Shown piece after piece: positions 1 through 10,605 of a stretch of DNA of 64,000 nt. A program made the translations under genes and the position numbers. Below the pieces are notes generated by a model. The model was not told the origin of the DNA and searched no databases. It saw only the letters and a program-made list of their open reading frames with translations. Source of the stretch: a virus (Duplodnaviria > Caudoviricetes); the IMG/VR virus record IMGVR_UViG_3300033388_005412, positions 96,001-160,000 of that record; one strand, given 5' to 3'. How positions within the stretch are numbered: the stretch's first letter is position 1; each line of letters starts with the position of its first letter.

Positions 1-982
1 CTCCGCCTAATTTATTACGAAACTTTTCAACAACATCCCGGCTTATCTCACCTGTTGCTGGGATATCAGATAACAACTCTTTAATATTGGTTGTTGATGC
101 CAACCTAACAGATTGAACAATATCATTCGGATCATTTACATATTTAGGAAACTCCAGCATTTTATATGATAAATCACTGATTTTCGCAATAGCTGACGGT
201 ATATCACCAATCTGCTTAACACCCCTCATTTCGACACGAAATTTATTATTTCTGGCTTGGGTGTGATAAAGAAACTCCCTTATCGAGTTTTTATATTCCT
301 TTAGAATCGAAGCCGGGAGACTAGTTAAACTATCATTATCAAATGAATTAACCTCAAGACTGGGGTGTTTATTAACCATTCTTCTTTTTATATATTCAAT
401 TGAATTAACATCATCGATATTATCGCTTATATTTTCACCCCATTTTTTAATAACATCGCCACTGGTTGATTTCATAATATTCTGCTGTATCTCTTTATAA
501 CCAGCAAGCGGATCTTGAATTGATGATGCGCCGAATCCTTTAATACCTTCAGTCATATAGTTCATTTCAAATCTTTTATTTATATCAGTAATCTTTCCAA
601 TAGTATTTTTAATATTACCAACATAATCGGTCATAACATTATCAGCATCTCTCGTCAATTTCTTTACCGAATCAATTAACTGTGATTGCCCAGTAGTTAA
701 CTCCGGAACCCATTTATCCAGCTCAAAAGTGGCACCCGATGTCGCCTGTTTTGTTATTTCATTGTCCATCCACGGGAATAAATTCGCAATGGTTTTTTGA
801 AACTGACGAAGCGCTTCCGAAGACGGATAATGCAAATTATAACCAAAAATCTTCTTTGTATTATGATATTTCTTCATCAACGTATTCATAGACACACCAT
901 ATATTCCCGCAAAGGCCGTTATAGAAAATAACCTGGCGCCTAAATTCACATCTTCTCTATCTTTTCTGCTAAAATTTTTCAT
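1..982 (-). CDS. Hypothetical virion-associated protein, partial (runs off window edge, >=327 aa)
   Basis: ATG at 982 overlaps the TAA of the upstream 2851-aa gene (TAATG); frame MKNFSRKDREDVNLGARLF... stays open to position 1; lies downstream of the tape-measure-like gene. Confidence 0.75.
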   Translation of the reverse strand, partial: MKNFSRKDREDVNLGARLFSITAFAGIYGVSMNTLMKKYHNTKKIFGYNLHYPSSEALRQFQKTIANLFPWMDNEITKQATSGATFELDKWVPELTTGQSQLIDSVKKLTRDADNVMTDYVGNIKNTIGKITDINKRFEMNYMTEGIKGFGASSIQDPLAGYKEIQQNIMKSTSGDVIKKWGENISDNIDDVNSIEYIKRRMVNKHPSLEVNSFDNDSLTSLPASILKEYKNSIREFLYHTQARNNKFRVEMRGVKQIGDIPSAIAKISDLSYKMLEFPKYVNDPNDIVQSVRLASTTNIKELLSDIPATGEISRDVVEKFRNKLGG

Positions 983-3900
983 TATGTATTATAAACCATA
1001 ACACGATTGCTGCCGCCTAAACTCGGCGTTAGTGAAATCGAACCGTGAACACCAGCCCTGTCAAGCGCGATTTCAATTGTCCGCTTTATTTCCATATAAT
1101 TTTGAGTTGGTGTGTATGCTATGCCACCCGTCGGGTTTTCCATATTAATTGGCATAATACCCGGACTATTTGCCACTCTCCTGGCCTGGCGGTAATGACC
1201 GAGACCAAAATCATGAGACTGAAGACCTTCATTTTCAACTGTAACAAGTTTAACATCATCAATCGGAACTTCCGGCGCATATACCGCTGAATTAGGATGC
1301 GGCATCGGCGAAACCTGCTGTTTACTTACCACCATATCAATTGCTCTGCCGTCAATCGCGTTCCATTTAGTTTCAAGTAAATGACCCGTTTCGGCCGGAA
1401 CATATTTTAATATATTATCTCTTTCTTCCGGATCAGTTGTTTGTAAAAACGACACAATATGCTGTTTTTCCTGCGGGGGTGTGGCACGATACATATACGT
1501 CCATCCCTTTCCACTTTTATCACTGGGTAATAAACCCATCATCGTACCGCGGGCCTCGTCTAAATATTGCTCATCTCCTGTCATCTGATATAGCATATTA
1601 TTTTTGGTATATGTTAATTGATCAAAATATCTATTAATTTCACGACCCTTTCTAACACTCGCCGGTATGTATGTCGAACCTGTCACATCATTAACCACAC
1701 CATGAACTAATCCATATGCAGCCCCAACTGCCGCACCGGCTGCAGTACCAAGTCCAGGTCCGCCCACGAGTGTCCCAGCCCACGCACCGGGAATCGAACC
1801 TTGAAATGCTGTTGTTTTTGACATAAATCCCCGAGAATACGCATCAATCCAATGGTCATACGGCTCTGACCACATCTTAACACTTCTTCCATATAACATA
1901 TCTCTTTTGTATGCTTCCAATGGTGTTCTATATGGAAAAAACTTCCTGGAAAACGGCAAATCTGCATGCGACACCGTCTCCCAGACGCTTCCCATGAATC
2001 TCTCAGGTAATGAATATTCACTTGCGGCTTTTATATCCTCATTTAATGACATATTATTATATTCCGAATCAGGGGTTAAAACTTTTCCCCTAAAGCGATA
2101 TGGAAAAAGCTCTTCCTTCATCATGATCGCTTTTCTTTTTTTCAAAATTTTATTTAAACGATCTTCATGATCATACCCACCCATCATTTGCGCCTTTACA
2201 ATATCTAACTCCTGTTTGTATTCAGGACTGTATGGGCCCGTGTTCGCAAGAATATTTAGTCTATCGATATGGCTATACCCTTCAGTTCCAAAACCAAGCC
2301 CCCTGGAATACAATTCACCAGCCATGTGTCTAGCTTGACGAACCGCCGCGATGTCTCTGTCATATCGTTTTTCACTATATGTAGCGGGATGCATGGCCAC
2401 AGGTTTTCCACGCCACTGGTATTGAATATTGCCTTCATAAGTTCCGGTTTGCTTCATATAAAAATTAATCTCAGATATATCCTGTTCAGTCGGACCTATA
2501 AAACTATTTAATTCACTATCACTTAAGTTTTTAATTTTTTGAACAGATTTTCCACGAGTTCCTCTTATAATACCGTCATGCGCACCACTGATATTATTAT
2601 ATGCATCATACACATTAGCACCGGCCATTATCTCTCTGTTTTTACGATCTAATTCACTGGTTGCTCTTTCCAATCCTCTCTTGGGATATAGTCCCAAAAA
2701 CATACGGGTCACATCAGGCACACTCATACCCATCATCTCTCCCATCGCTGGCCATGTGAAATTAATATCAAATGCCGTTTCATGCCCCAAACCAGGAAGT
2801 AATAACTCACCCATTGGAATTTTCGAAAAAGGATTACCAGTTTTATACTTTTGAGTCATCCAAGACGGCATACGGTTACAATTATGAAGTAACATAAACG
2901 GCGTTGTGAATGATTCGCCTTTCTCAACTTGAATATCATAAACATTACCATTATAATGTTTAGTTTGAACATCAGTAACCATGGTAAATAAGATATCATC
3001 TTCGAAAAAATGTCTATGCCAACTTGATTTTTTATTATTTCGTAATTTCTTATTTTTTATTTTTATTTTATACCCATAGTTTTCATTTAATAATTTTACT
3101 AATTTTTCCTCATATTCTGATAAAAGAGTTAAATGATATGATCCTGTTGGTTTATATAAATGAACACAAGAAACACATTTAAACTGTAACAACAAATTTC
3201 TTAATGATAAAATTAAGGATAAAGATGGACTACTTGACTTTATAGCACACACATTGGATTTAATTGACCCATCGCCTTCAAAATGACCATGAAATAAACC
3301 CAAAATAAATTCTTTTGGGAAATGATATAATATAAAATCATCAATATATTTATTCTTTGCCCCTGACCCAAATAATTTTGAAAATAATTTATTATAAAAT
3401 GTAGAATAAATATCAATTTCAATACCATTTAAACTTGCTTTATATATATTTCCTTTAATATTTTTATTTTTAAACCATTTTAAAATATCCAATGCAAGAG
3501 TATTTCGTTCATCTTTATGTAAAGCAAATTTAACAACATGACCTTTTGAAGATGAAGATCCCTCACTCAAATATAAACCACAAATAAATCCAAAATTATA
3601 ATCTAATTCTATAAATCTATTATATCTTTTACCACAACCTTGTCCATTATATTTCCAAATTTTATCACCATCATTCCGATTATAATATTCTGACATAAAA
3701 TCATCACAATCTAAAGTTTGATAACACTCATCTGTTTTTAATATAGGATATCCAACAAAATCATATTTACTGATATCTTCAATATTTTTCCACTCTGGTT
3801 TATAATCTCTGTATTGTTGCCTTGTTTTATATCTTTTTTCATTAAAAGTATTATATCCGCATGTTCCACAAGATTTATATAATCGATTTTTAACACACAC

Positions 3901-6900
3901 TATATTTCGCTCTGGATGACTATGACAAAATTTAGTTTTTATAACATATAAGGGATGGTTATGTGTTAACCACACATTTTCAAAATTGTTATATAATCGA
4001 ATTTTATATACTTTCTCATTAACTAGTCTACTACTTTTTTTAATAACTTTTGTATAATCAAATCCAAAAACATTAGCACCTTTTTGTATATCTTGAATTT
4101 CTACAACTTTCATATTTTTAGTTACAATCATACTATCTTCAGTTAAACATATAGGATTAACAGTTTCAATCTCACCACTCATACCCCTTGGCCGCGGCAC
4201 AAGTCGGCGCCAAAGCTCTGTATTATGAACCGCAATACCTTCTGCAACATAATAATTTAAATCTTGTATCTGTAAATCGTACACATCAACATTTTTATCA
4301 TTTAATTGTTCAACTTTTTTAACTTTTATAAATAATTTATTATCATAAATAAAAGAATTTCCATTTTTAAAATCAGAAATATCCATACTTTTATCATATA
4401 ATAAATTATATATGCCAATAGATGACTGCTTATTCCAATGAATATAACTACTAATGCCCGGCTTTCTTATTGTCCCTTGAGGTAACAATCCACCACCTTT
4501 ATCATGATAATTTAAAACTAAATTACCATAAAAACCCAATATAAGTCCAATATCAAAAACATCCTTCACAAAATTAGACGAACACGAATGAAATCCAGCT
4601 TTCTTTATATTAGAATAACCATCTCCAAGTTGAACACCCTTAAAAAATTCCGAAACAATTTTTTTAGAAGATGATTTTATTATGTAATCTATTTTCTTAT
4701 TCTCAGCTCTTTTACCACATAATTGTGTAGCTAATATAGATAACGGTATACATTGTATTCTTAAAATTAATGTATTGTTTTTTACTTTTAATGTACCAAA
4801 ACTACCAAATTTAATTCGAACAATTTCTAATATTTGTTTTGCATATGCTATTTCATTTTTGTTCATCACAAAAGAAACTCGTCCTCCCTTTTCAACATAA
4901 CCCTCAGCCGCATACCATCCCAACAAATATGAAATACTCTCATCAATTTTAACATATCGATTAAACTTATATATTGTTACTCCACGTCTATGTTCCCGTA
5001 TAGCATCTTTAGCAATTTTATCAGAAATTCCATGATCTCGTAATTCTTTACGAGTATAAAAATTACTTGAAAGTAATTTTCGCGCCTTAATATATGATAT
5101 ATACCTCTGTTTATTTTTTATATTATTTGAATACATAAATTCATTATCGTGATACCTATCAGTATACTTTGATAAATCAATCACATATTCTTTCCCTTTC
5201 GGCTTTACAATTGGAACGACACAATAATCGCCCGGTTTGATGTCCTTAATATTTGTATCACACACCTCGATCTTGCTATTTCTTCGGGAACAAAAAAGAC
5301 ACTTCGCTTTATTTCCAGGAATACATGGTCTTGTATTTTTGTGAGAACTATCAATACACCTCGTTCTTTTAAATATCGGAATATGGTGTTTTGATGTTCC
5401 TATTAATTCAGTATTAATAGTGGCCAATTTCATCTTATATAAATCAGATGCTTTTTTATGAATTTTATCAACAACATTATGTAACTCGCCGTCTAACGAT
5501 AAAACTTTATCACCAACATTTACATCAATAATTTTTTTTAATCCATTATCGGTCGAAATATCAGTATCGGATAGAAAACATGCACCAGTTGGGTCGCCCA
5601 TATTCTGATCCCAAAATGCTCTTCTGAATGATGTGATGTCATTTGATGACGCCAATACCGGATTATCCTCAAACGTACGAGCGAAGCCAAGCATTTTTTT
5701 ACTCATTGTCTCGGCTCCGAAACCCCATAATCCCATATATTCAGTTAAATTATATAATTGTTTATCAATTGTTGATTTCACACCTGAAGCACTCATCGGC
5801 GCAACACCTCTCATTTCAGCGGTTCCCGGTATAAGCGGATTATCTCCGCCGCCTATTGTAACAGCACCGCCCTTAAATGCCGAAATATCGCCATGACCTC
5901 TGCCTGCATAACCCATTGACGATAATGCTCTGTCAACCTCTTCTTTATGCATTTCACGCGGCGGTAATATAGTGCGCCCAACCGTTGCGGCCAATGTTGG
6001 ACCAATAATAGGAAATTCTGAAAAAGGTACACCAGTCATTGGAAATGGCTGAGAATAATAATGACGGAACGCGTATCTTCTGCTTCCACCAAGAACATAA
6101 CCTAACGGATTAAAATCCAAAATCGGCAATGGTTTATATAAAAGCTGTTCAAGAGGATTTCCCAATCCTTCCGGAGTTGACTTATATTTTGATTTTGTCC
6201 TGGCAAACCAATTCGGTGTGAACATTTGTGTGCGATTGCCCTTCCATTGTCCACTGCTTAAAAGCCACCAACGACCTTTTCTATACGGAACCTCTTCTCT
6301 ACCGCTATATATTTCTTCTAACTCATCCTGAGATTTAGTTATATCAAATGCACCAAAACCCTGTGTCGCGCCCAGGCCGATGCCCATCAGCATACCATAT
6401 CCTGCTCCAGCCGGACCACCCCAAATTCCACCGATTTTTGCGCCTGCGGCAATTGGAACAACCGCGCCGCGCATTGCCCTCATAAACGGACTATCAATGA
6501 AACCAGGCATTAAACCTTCAGCATATTTGGCCGAATCTGTTATGCCCAAATCATCATTGACACGTGCAAAAAGCATTCGCCCCTTGACACCCTGTTCCGC
6601 AATCGCCGTGTTAAGACCCTCGTCAAATACAGTCCCGTCAAATAATGGATTCTGATCAGTTAACTTGTCGGCTATATCCCAGGCATTTATAGCTCCGGCA
6701 ATTGGTAAAACACGCTTCATCATCACACCTCTTGTGAATAAATCAGCGCCTGTTTTATATGCTTTCGGATCCAGACCAAGACCAAACCACTCGAACAATC
6801 TGGCTGATCTATTAATTGCGGCCTCAGAAAACACATTATTGAATAAAGATGATTTTTCTCCAATACCTGGCCAGAATCCATATAAACTTGTTACATCTGA

Positions 6901-9537
6901 CGGATCTCCTTCCGCAAAAAAATGAACTGGATCAGAATCACCCCTTGGGATTATACTATATCCCCCGGGTTTAAGTTCCGGCCTGAGAATTTCCATACTA
7001 GACTCAACTCTATGAAATGGCTCTGTGAACATTTTCATCCCTTTTGTGTATACAGACTCGACAGCTAATTTCATGTCTTTGTCATAATTTTTTAACATGC
7101 CGCTAACATCCTTCACAAAATCCGGAGTAGCTTTTTGACCAGCAGCATCATAATTAGCCTCAAAAATATGCCTTGTCAGCCAAACCCTCAAAGATGACGC
7201 CTGCTGCTCATTCATTAAACCCTTATTCATCATGGTTTCTGTTAAACTATTTAACGCGACTGATCCCGCGCCAGCTCCATTTTTAAGTAATTTACTTGCA
7301 GCTAAAAATTCCAGCATTTGTTCCCGACCGGACATAACATAACCGTCGGTTGTTTTTTTAGCAACACTTTTTAAAGTCCTATAATGAATATCATCTCGGG
7401 CATTATTCAACAAATGTTTAATATTATAATTTTTTAATAATCTCTCACCCTGAATATTAGCACCTTTTGCTAACTGAATCATACTAGCTTCTTTATCAAC
7501 ATTTTTAATTAATGCTTCCGGCGCCATGTCTATATCAACACCAATATTTCTCAAAATCTCAGGATTTCTAAATAATTTACTGGCTAATGTACTTGATTTT
7601 TTTAATGTTCTACGAATTGTTCTAATAAACGCGTCCCTCATTCCGGGTTTATTCGTTAACGCCGCATCTTCCAATGCCTTCAAACGCAATGGTGATTCTT
7701 GATGAAATACTTTATTCAAAACACCCTTTATATGACCAAAAACACCCGTTGTCGTGAACTTCTTAATATCTAGTGTTTTAGCAAGAAATCCGCGAACACC
7801 ACCAATATCACTTTCTAAACTATATTGCTGCGCTTTCCTACCTTCTGCGCTAAGTCCCATTGCCCTATTTATAGCAACCTCACCAAATGCGTCTGATTCG
7901 CCACTTTGAAACATTTTAAATTTAACACCCTTAGGTGTAACCCGACGCAATAATGATCCGCCTTCCTGTAAAGGATTTTTTTGAACATTATAAAATGAGC
8001 CGTCAACAAATAAACCATAATGATCGGGCTGAACCTGATAAATACCACGGCCCCTTAAAATTTTATCAGATAAATTCTTAAATCCTTTGGTTTCAATCCC
8101 ACGGCCTACCGCAAATGAATCACCTGGTTTCAACAAACGAAATGTCGGAGAATATGCCGCAATTGTATCCATTTTAAATAAACCGGGTATGCTAATATTC
8201 GTTCCTCCAACATGAAGTCTACCAAAATCAACTAAAAAATTTAATGATCTATCTAAAACTCTTTTTGGATTAATATTCCGTAAATCAATAAGTCCGTGGG
8301 CCCCCTTATAAATGCCCTTATCATAAAGAGGAATTCCCCTTTTGCTCATATGTCTCAATTGTTTTTCCCACACAACAGCGTCACGGGATCCCTTTGTTAT
8401 ATTATGTATCGCTTTATCCGATAAAATAGCCGGTCTTAGATTAAGAGCTTTCTCAAGCATATTCATTTTAGGATGCCCTTTATACCCTTTAATTGCTCTG
8501 CTGAATATACCCAGTTTCTTACGACCCGGCATTCCAGCAGCATCAAGTCCTGATATAACAGTACTCGCATATCCGGTCACTGATGGTTTGAACTCAGAAA
8601 CCCGCCTATATGCCCCTTTAAAGGCTTTTTTAGCTATATCCATGGATTTACCAGGCCTGCGCACTAAAGTCCCTAATCCAGCGTATTTGAGAGCACCAAA
8701 GAAGCTTCCAACCCCAGCCGAAATACCATATATACTGGGAATCTTATTTGCTATTTTACCTAAAACTGATGGCGCTAATTTTCCCATACCAGATAGTTCA
8801 GCACCGCCAACTATTGCGGCCCCACCAACCTCTTTGGTAAATCGAAAAGCGCCGCCTAAATTATTCATAGTCAGCAGCACCGGAAGTGTCTGTGCTGTGA
8901 ATTTTACATAATCTTTAACATGTCCAGGAAGATTATACCATGCCGGGGCATCGGCTTTTTCTCGGGCACCCGCAAATCCTAATAACTTATTAGCAAAATA
9001 TAGTGATGTTGTTGACTTCACTAATCTATTTGTATCATTAACAACTTTTCCGGTTAATCTATTACTTAAATTGTCAGGCTTCCAGAAATCTTTAATTCTA
9101 TCTCTTTCATACCGGGACACCCGCTGTGTTATTTTTCTGATATTACCATGATCACCCAATTTAAATTTCTTCTGATTTGCTTTGATCCTTGCCCAATGTT
9201 TTGTCCACTTTTCATACGCCGATGATTTTGCCGCCGTGGCTGATGTTATCTTACTTGTTAACGCTGTGTGTTCTTTTGCTACATCAGATATTAAACTTCC
9301 AATTGTGCCGCCCTTGCTGATCACCTTTTTTATAAGTGATCCACCAATACCGGCCAATGCTTTACCGCCTATTTGAACGGCTCCCATGGCTGCCATAAAA
9401 ACACCCATGTTTTTAGCAAAACCTAAAAGTGTTTTGCCTATTGAATTACCTTGTTTCTGTCGCGGGTCGCCAGAATATTGTGTTGCCGCCTTCCGCTCGT
9501 AGGGATCCTGATAAATTGTTTGTAACCCACCGGCCAT
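982..9537 (-). CDS. Tape-measure-like tail protein carrying two inteins (2851-aa precursor, about 1975 aa after splicing)
   Basis: Very long ORF directly after sheath, tube and chaperone genes; Gly/Ala-rich hydrophobic segments (GAKIGGIWGGPAGAGYG, GAWAGTLVGGPGLGTAAG); two Cys...His-Asn intein blocks. Confidence 0.75.
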   Translation of the reverse strand: MAGGLQTIYQDPYERKAATQYSGDPRQKQGNSIGKTLLGFAKNMGVFMAAMGAVQIGGKALAGIGGSLIKKVISKGGTIGSLISDVAKEHTALTSKITSATAAKSSAYEKWTKHWARIKANQKKFKLGDHGNIRKITQRVSRYERDRIKDFWKPDNLSNRLTGKVVNDTNRLVKSTTSLYFANKLLGFAGAREKADAPAWYNLPGHVKDYVKFTAQTLPVLLTMNNLGGAFRFTKEVGGAAIVGGAELSGMGKLAPSVLGKIANKIPSIYGISAGVGSFFGALKYAGLGTLVRRPGKSMDIAKKAFKGAYRRVSEFKPSVTGYASTVISGLDAAGMPGRKKLGIFSRAIKGYKGHPKMNMLEKALNLRPAILSDKAIHNITKGSRDAVVWEKQLRHMSKRGIPLYDKGIYKGAHGLIDLRNINPKRVLDRSLNFLVDFGRLHVGGTNISIPGLFKMDTIAAYSPTFRLLKPGDSFAVGRGIETKGFKNLSDKILRGRGIYQVQPDHYGLFVDGSFYNVQKNPLQEGGSLLRRVTPKGVKFKMFQSGESDAFGEVAINRAMGLSAEGRKAQQYSLESDIGGVRGFLAKTLDIKKFTTTGVFGHIKGVLNKVFHQESPLRLKALEDAALTNKPGMRDAFIRTIRRTLKKSSTLASKLFRNPEILRNIGVDIDMAPEALIKNVDKEASMIQLAKGANIQGERLLKNYNIKHLLNNARDDIHYRTLKSVAKKTTDGYVMSGREQMLEFLAASKLLKNGAGAGSVALNSLTETMMNKGLMNEQQASSLRVWLTRHIFEANYDAAGQKATPDFVKDVSGMLKNYDKDMKLAVESVYTKGMKMFTEPFHRVESSMEILRPELKPGGYSIIPRGDSDPVHFFAEGDPSDVTSLYGFWPGIGEKSSLFNNVFSEAAINRSARLFEWFGLGLDPKAYKTGADLFTRGVMMKRVLPIAGAINAWDIADKLTDQNPLFDGTVFDEGLNTAIAEQGVKGRMLFARVNDDLGITDSAKYAEGLMPGFIDSPFMRAMRGAVVPIAAGAKIGGIWGGPAGAGYGMLMGIGLGATQGFGAFDITKSQDELEEIYSGREEVPYRKGRWWLLSSGQWKGNRTQMFTPNWFARTKSKYKSTPEGLGNPLEQLLYKPLPILDFNPLGYVLGGSRRYAFRHYYSQPFPMTGVPFSEFPIIGPTLAATVGRTILPPREMHKEEVDRALSSMGYAGRGHGDISAFKGGAVTIGGGDNPLIPGTAEMRGVAPMSASGVKSTIDKQLYNLTEYMGLWGFGAETMSKKMLGFARTFEDNPVLASSNDITSFRRAFWDQNMGDPTGACFLSDTDISTDNGLKKIIDVNVGDKVLSLDGELHNVVDKIHKKASDLYKMKLATINTELIGTSKHHIPIFKRTRCIDSSHKNTRPCIPGNKAKCLFCSRRNSKIEVCDTNIKDIKPGDYCVVPIVKPKGKEYVIDLSKYTDRYHDNEFMYSNNIKNKQRYISYIKARKLLSSNFYTRKELRDHGISDKIAKDAIREHRRGVTIYKFNRYVKIDESISYLLGWYAAEGYVEKGGRVSFVMNKNEIAYAKQILEIVRIKFGSFGTLKVKNNTLILRIQCIPLSILATQLCGKRAENKKIDYIIKSSSKKIVSEFFKGVQLGDGYSNIKKAGFHSCSSNFVKDVFDIGLILGFYGNLVLNYHDKGGGLLPQGTIRKPGISSYIHWNKQSSIGIYNLLYDKSMDISDFKNGNSFIYDNKLFIKVKKVEQLNDKNVDVYDLQIQDLNYYVAEGIAVHNTELWRRLVPRPRGMSGEIETVNPICLTEDSMIVTKNMKVVEIQDIQKGANVFGFDYTKVIKKSSRLVNEKVYKIRLYNNFENVWLTHNHPLYVIKTKFCHSHPERNIVCVKNRLYKSCGTCGYNTFNEKRYKTRQQYRDYKPEWKNIEDISKYDFVGYPILKTDECYQTLDCDDFMSEYYNRNDGDKIWKYNGQGCGKRYNRFIELDYNFGFICGLYLSEGSSSSKGHVVKFALHKDERNTLALDILKWFKNKNIKGNIYKASLNGIEIDIYSTFYNKLFSKLFGSGAKNKYIDDFILYHFPKEFILGLFHGHFEGDGSIKSNVCAIKSSSPSLSLILSLRNLLLQFKCVSCVHLYKPTGSYHLTLLSEYEEKLVKLLNENYGYKIKIKNKKLRNNKKSSWHRHFFEDDILFTMVTDVQTKHYNGNVYDIQVEKGESFTTPFMLLHNCNRMPSWMTQKYKTGNPFSKIPMGELLLPGLGHETAFDINFTWPAMGEMMGMSVPDVTRMFLGLYPKRGLERATSELDRKNREIMAGANVYDAYNNISGAHDGIIRGTRGKSVQKIKNLSDSELNSFIGPTEQDISEINFYMKQTGTYEGNIQYQWRGKPVAMHPATYSEKRYDRDIAAVRQARHMAGELYSRGLGFGTEGYSHIDRLNILANTGPYSPEYKQELDIVKAQMMGGYDHEDRLNKILKKRKAIMMKEELFPYRFRGKVLTPDSEYNNMSLNEDIKAASEYSLPERFMGSVWETVSHADLPFSRKFFPYRTPLEAYKRDMLYGRSVKMWSEPYDHWIDAYSRGFMSKTTAFQGSIPGAWAGTLVGGPGLGTAAGAAVGAAYGLVHGVVNDVTGSTYIPASVRKGREINRYFDQLTYTKNNMLYQMTGDEQYLDEARGTMMGLLPSDKSGKGWTYMYRATPPQEKQHIVSFLQTTDPEERDNILKYVPAETGHLLETKWNAIDGRAIDMVVSKQQVSPMPHPNSAVYAPEVPIDDVKLVTVENEGLQSHDFGLGHYRQARRVANSPGIMPINMENPTGGIAYTPTQNYMEIKRTIEIALDRAGVHGSISLTPSLGGSNRVMVYNT
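2881..4149 (-). mobile_element. Intein 2 of tape-measure-like protein (423 aa, LAGLIDADG endonuclease)
   Basis: Starts CLTEDSMIVTK, block B WLTHNHP, ends VYDIQVEKGESFTTPFMLLHN followed by Cys; FICGLYLSEG and GLFHGHFEGDG motifs. Confidence 0.93.
4222..5580 (-). mobile_element. Intein 1 of tape-measure-like protein (453 aa, LAGLIDADG endonuclease)
   Basis: Starts CFLSDTDISTDNGLKKIIDVNVGD, ends VYDLQIQDLNYYVAEGIAVHN followed by Thr; LAGLIDADG-like YLLGWYAAEG and FFKGVQLGDG. Confidence 0.93.
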
Positions 9538-9542
9538 TTACA

Positions 9543-10205
9543 TCATCCCCTGTTATTTTTTATTTTACGCCATTCATTCTGTAATGCGATAGTTGATTCC
9601 TCAATTGAAATATTACTTAATTCGTCATTTGATAATCTTTTGACTTTTTTATCATGAACATATTTATTCGGTATTGTTTTACTACTTTTTACACTTCCTG
9701 TTTTATTATTTTTAGATGATTTTTTAGGCGTACCAATTAATCTTATACCGGACATTTCTTCGCACAAATAAACTAATTTAAAAAAATCAAAAGGTGATAA
9801 TTTTTTCAAACTTTTAAATGTATATCCCGGGAAATTTTTAATTATATGTGTCGACCAAATAAAAAAATCATCACGCTGTAAATCTTTAACAGCATTTTTA
9901 CTTCTCAATAAAAGTTCCTTAAACCCATCAGGTTCAAAAATTTTTGTTGATTTTAAAACATATTCCGCTAGTGAATTACAGACACCTATTATTTCGTTTT
10001 CGGCGGCAAAATCAACCGGATATAAAATACAGTTATTTAAAACAAAGTTCTCAACCTTAACGGGATCATCATTATATTTTTGAATATCCTGGCTTTCGCC
10101 TATACTTAAAACTCTATATATGTAAATTTTTTTATTAATAACAACTTTATAAATTTCATACATGGTTTTCCATGCATCAATTTGTTTAGAACTAGGGGCA
10201 TTCAC
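9543..10205 (-). CDS. Tail assembly chaperone-like protein (long paralogue)
   Basis: GTG start with AGGAGG; N-terminus IDAWKTMY...IYIYRVLSIGE resembles the 111-aa upstream gene; immediately precedes the tape-measure-like gene. Confidence 0.6.
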   Translation of the reverse strand: MNAPSSKQIDAWKTMYEIYKVVINKKIYIYRVLSIGESQDIQKYNDDPVKVENFVLNNCILYPVDFAAENEIIGVCNSLAEYVLKSTKIFEPDGFKELLLRSKNAVKDLQRDDFFIWSTHIIKNFPGYTFKSLKKLSPFDFFKLVYLCEEMSGIRLIGTPKKSSKNNKTGSVKSSKTIPNKYVHDKKVKRLSNDELSNISIEESTIALQNEWRKIKNNRG

Positions 10206-10247
10206 ATATATCCTCCTGAAAATATTGTTATACTTTTATGTATATAA

Positions 10248-10583
10248 TTATAAGGCGATAGGTTCCTCGTCAACGACAAAACCGGATGCGTTGGAAATGT
10301 ATGTCGCCAATACTGCTGGTGCTCCGGCAGGCATATCCGCAACTTTAGCATTAGACGGATGCACTACACAAAGCTCAACCATACCATCTTCGAGTTTAGA
10401 TGCCGCGTCCGGTGATAAGCCCTGTTGAGGATTAGATACGCCCATTACTTCGTGCTGCAGCGCTTCAAACTCACCTCGTTTCAAAGACCTGTAAACATAC
10501 GTTCCACCCGCGATTTGACATTTGAAAACCTGACCATACTGTTTCTTCCACGCATCAACTGTTTCCTGTTTCAACTCTTCCAT
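10248..10583 (-). CDS. Tail assembly chaperone
   Basis: VDAWKKQYGQVF...YVYRSLKRGEF pattern; position between tube genes and tape measure; AGGAGG RBS. Confidence 0.62.
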   Translation of the reverse strand: MEELKQETVDAWKKQYGQVFKCQIAGGTYVYRSLKRGEFEALQHEVMGVSNPQQGLSPDAASKLEDGMVELCVVHPSNAKVADMPAGAPAVLATYISNASGFVVDEEPIAL

Positions 10584-10605
10584 TTTTCCTCCTACATAAA
10601 AAGAC

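Noticed and set aside
10206-10260. Programmed frameshift between tail chaperone genes
   Set aside because: No slippery heptamer seen; the second gene has its own RBS and repeats the first gene's domain
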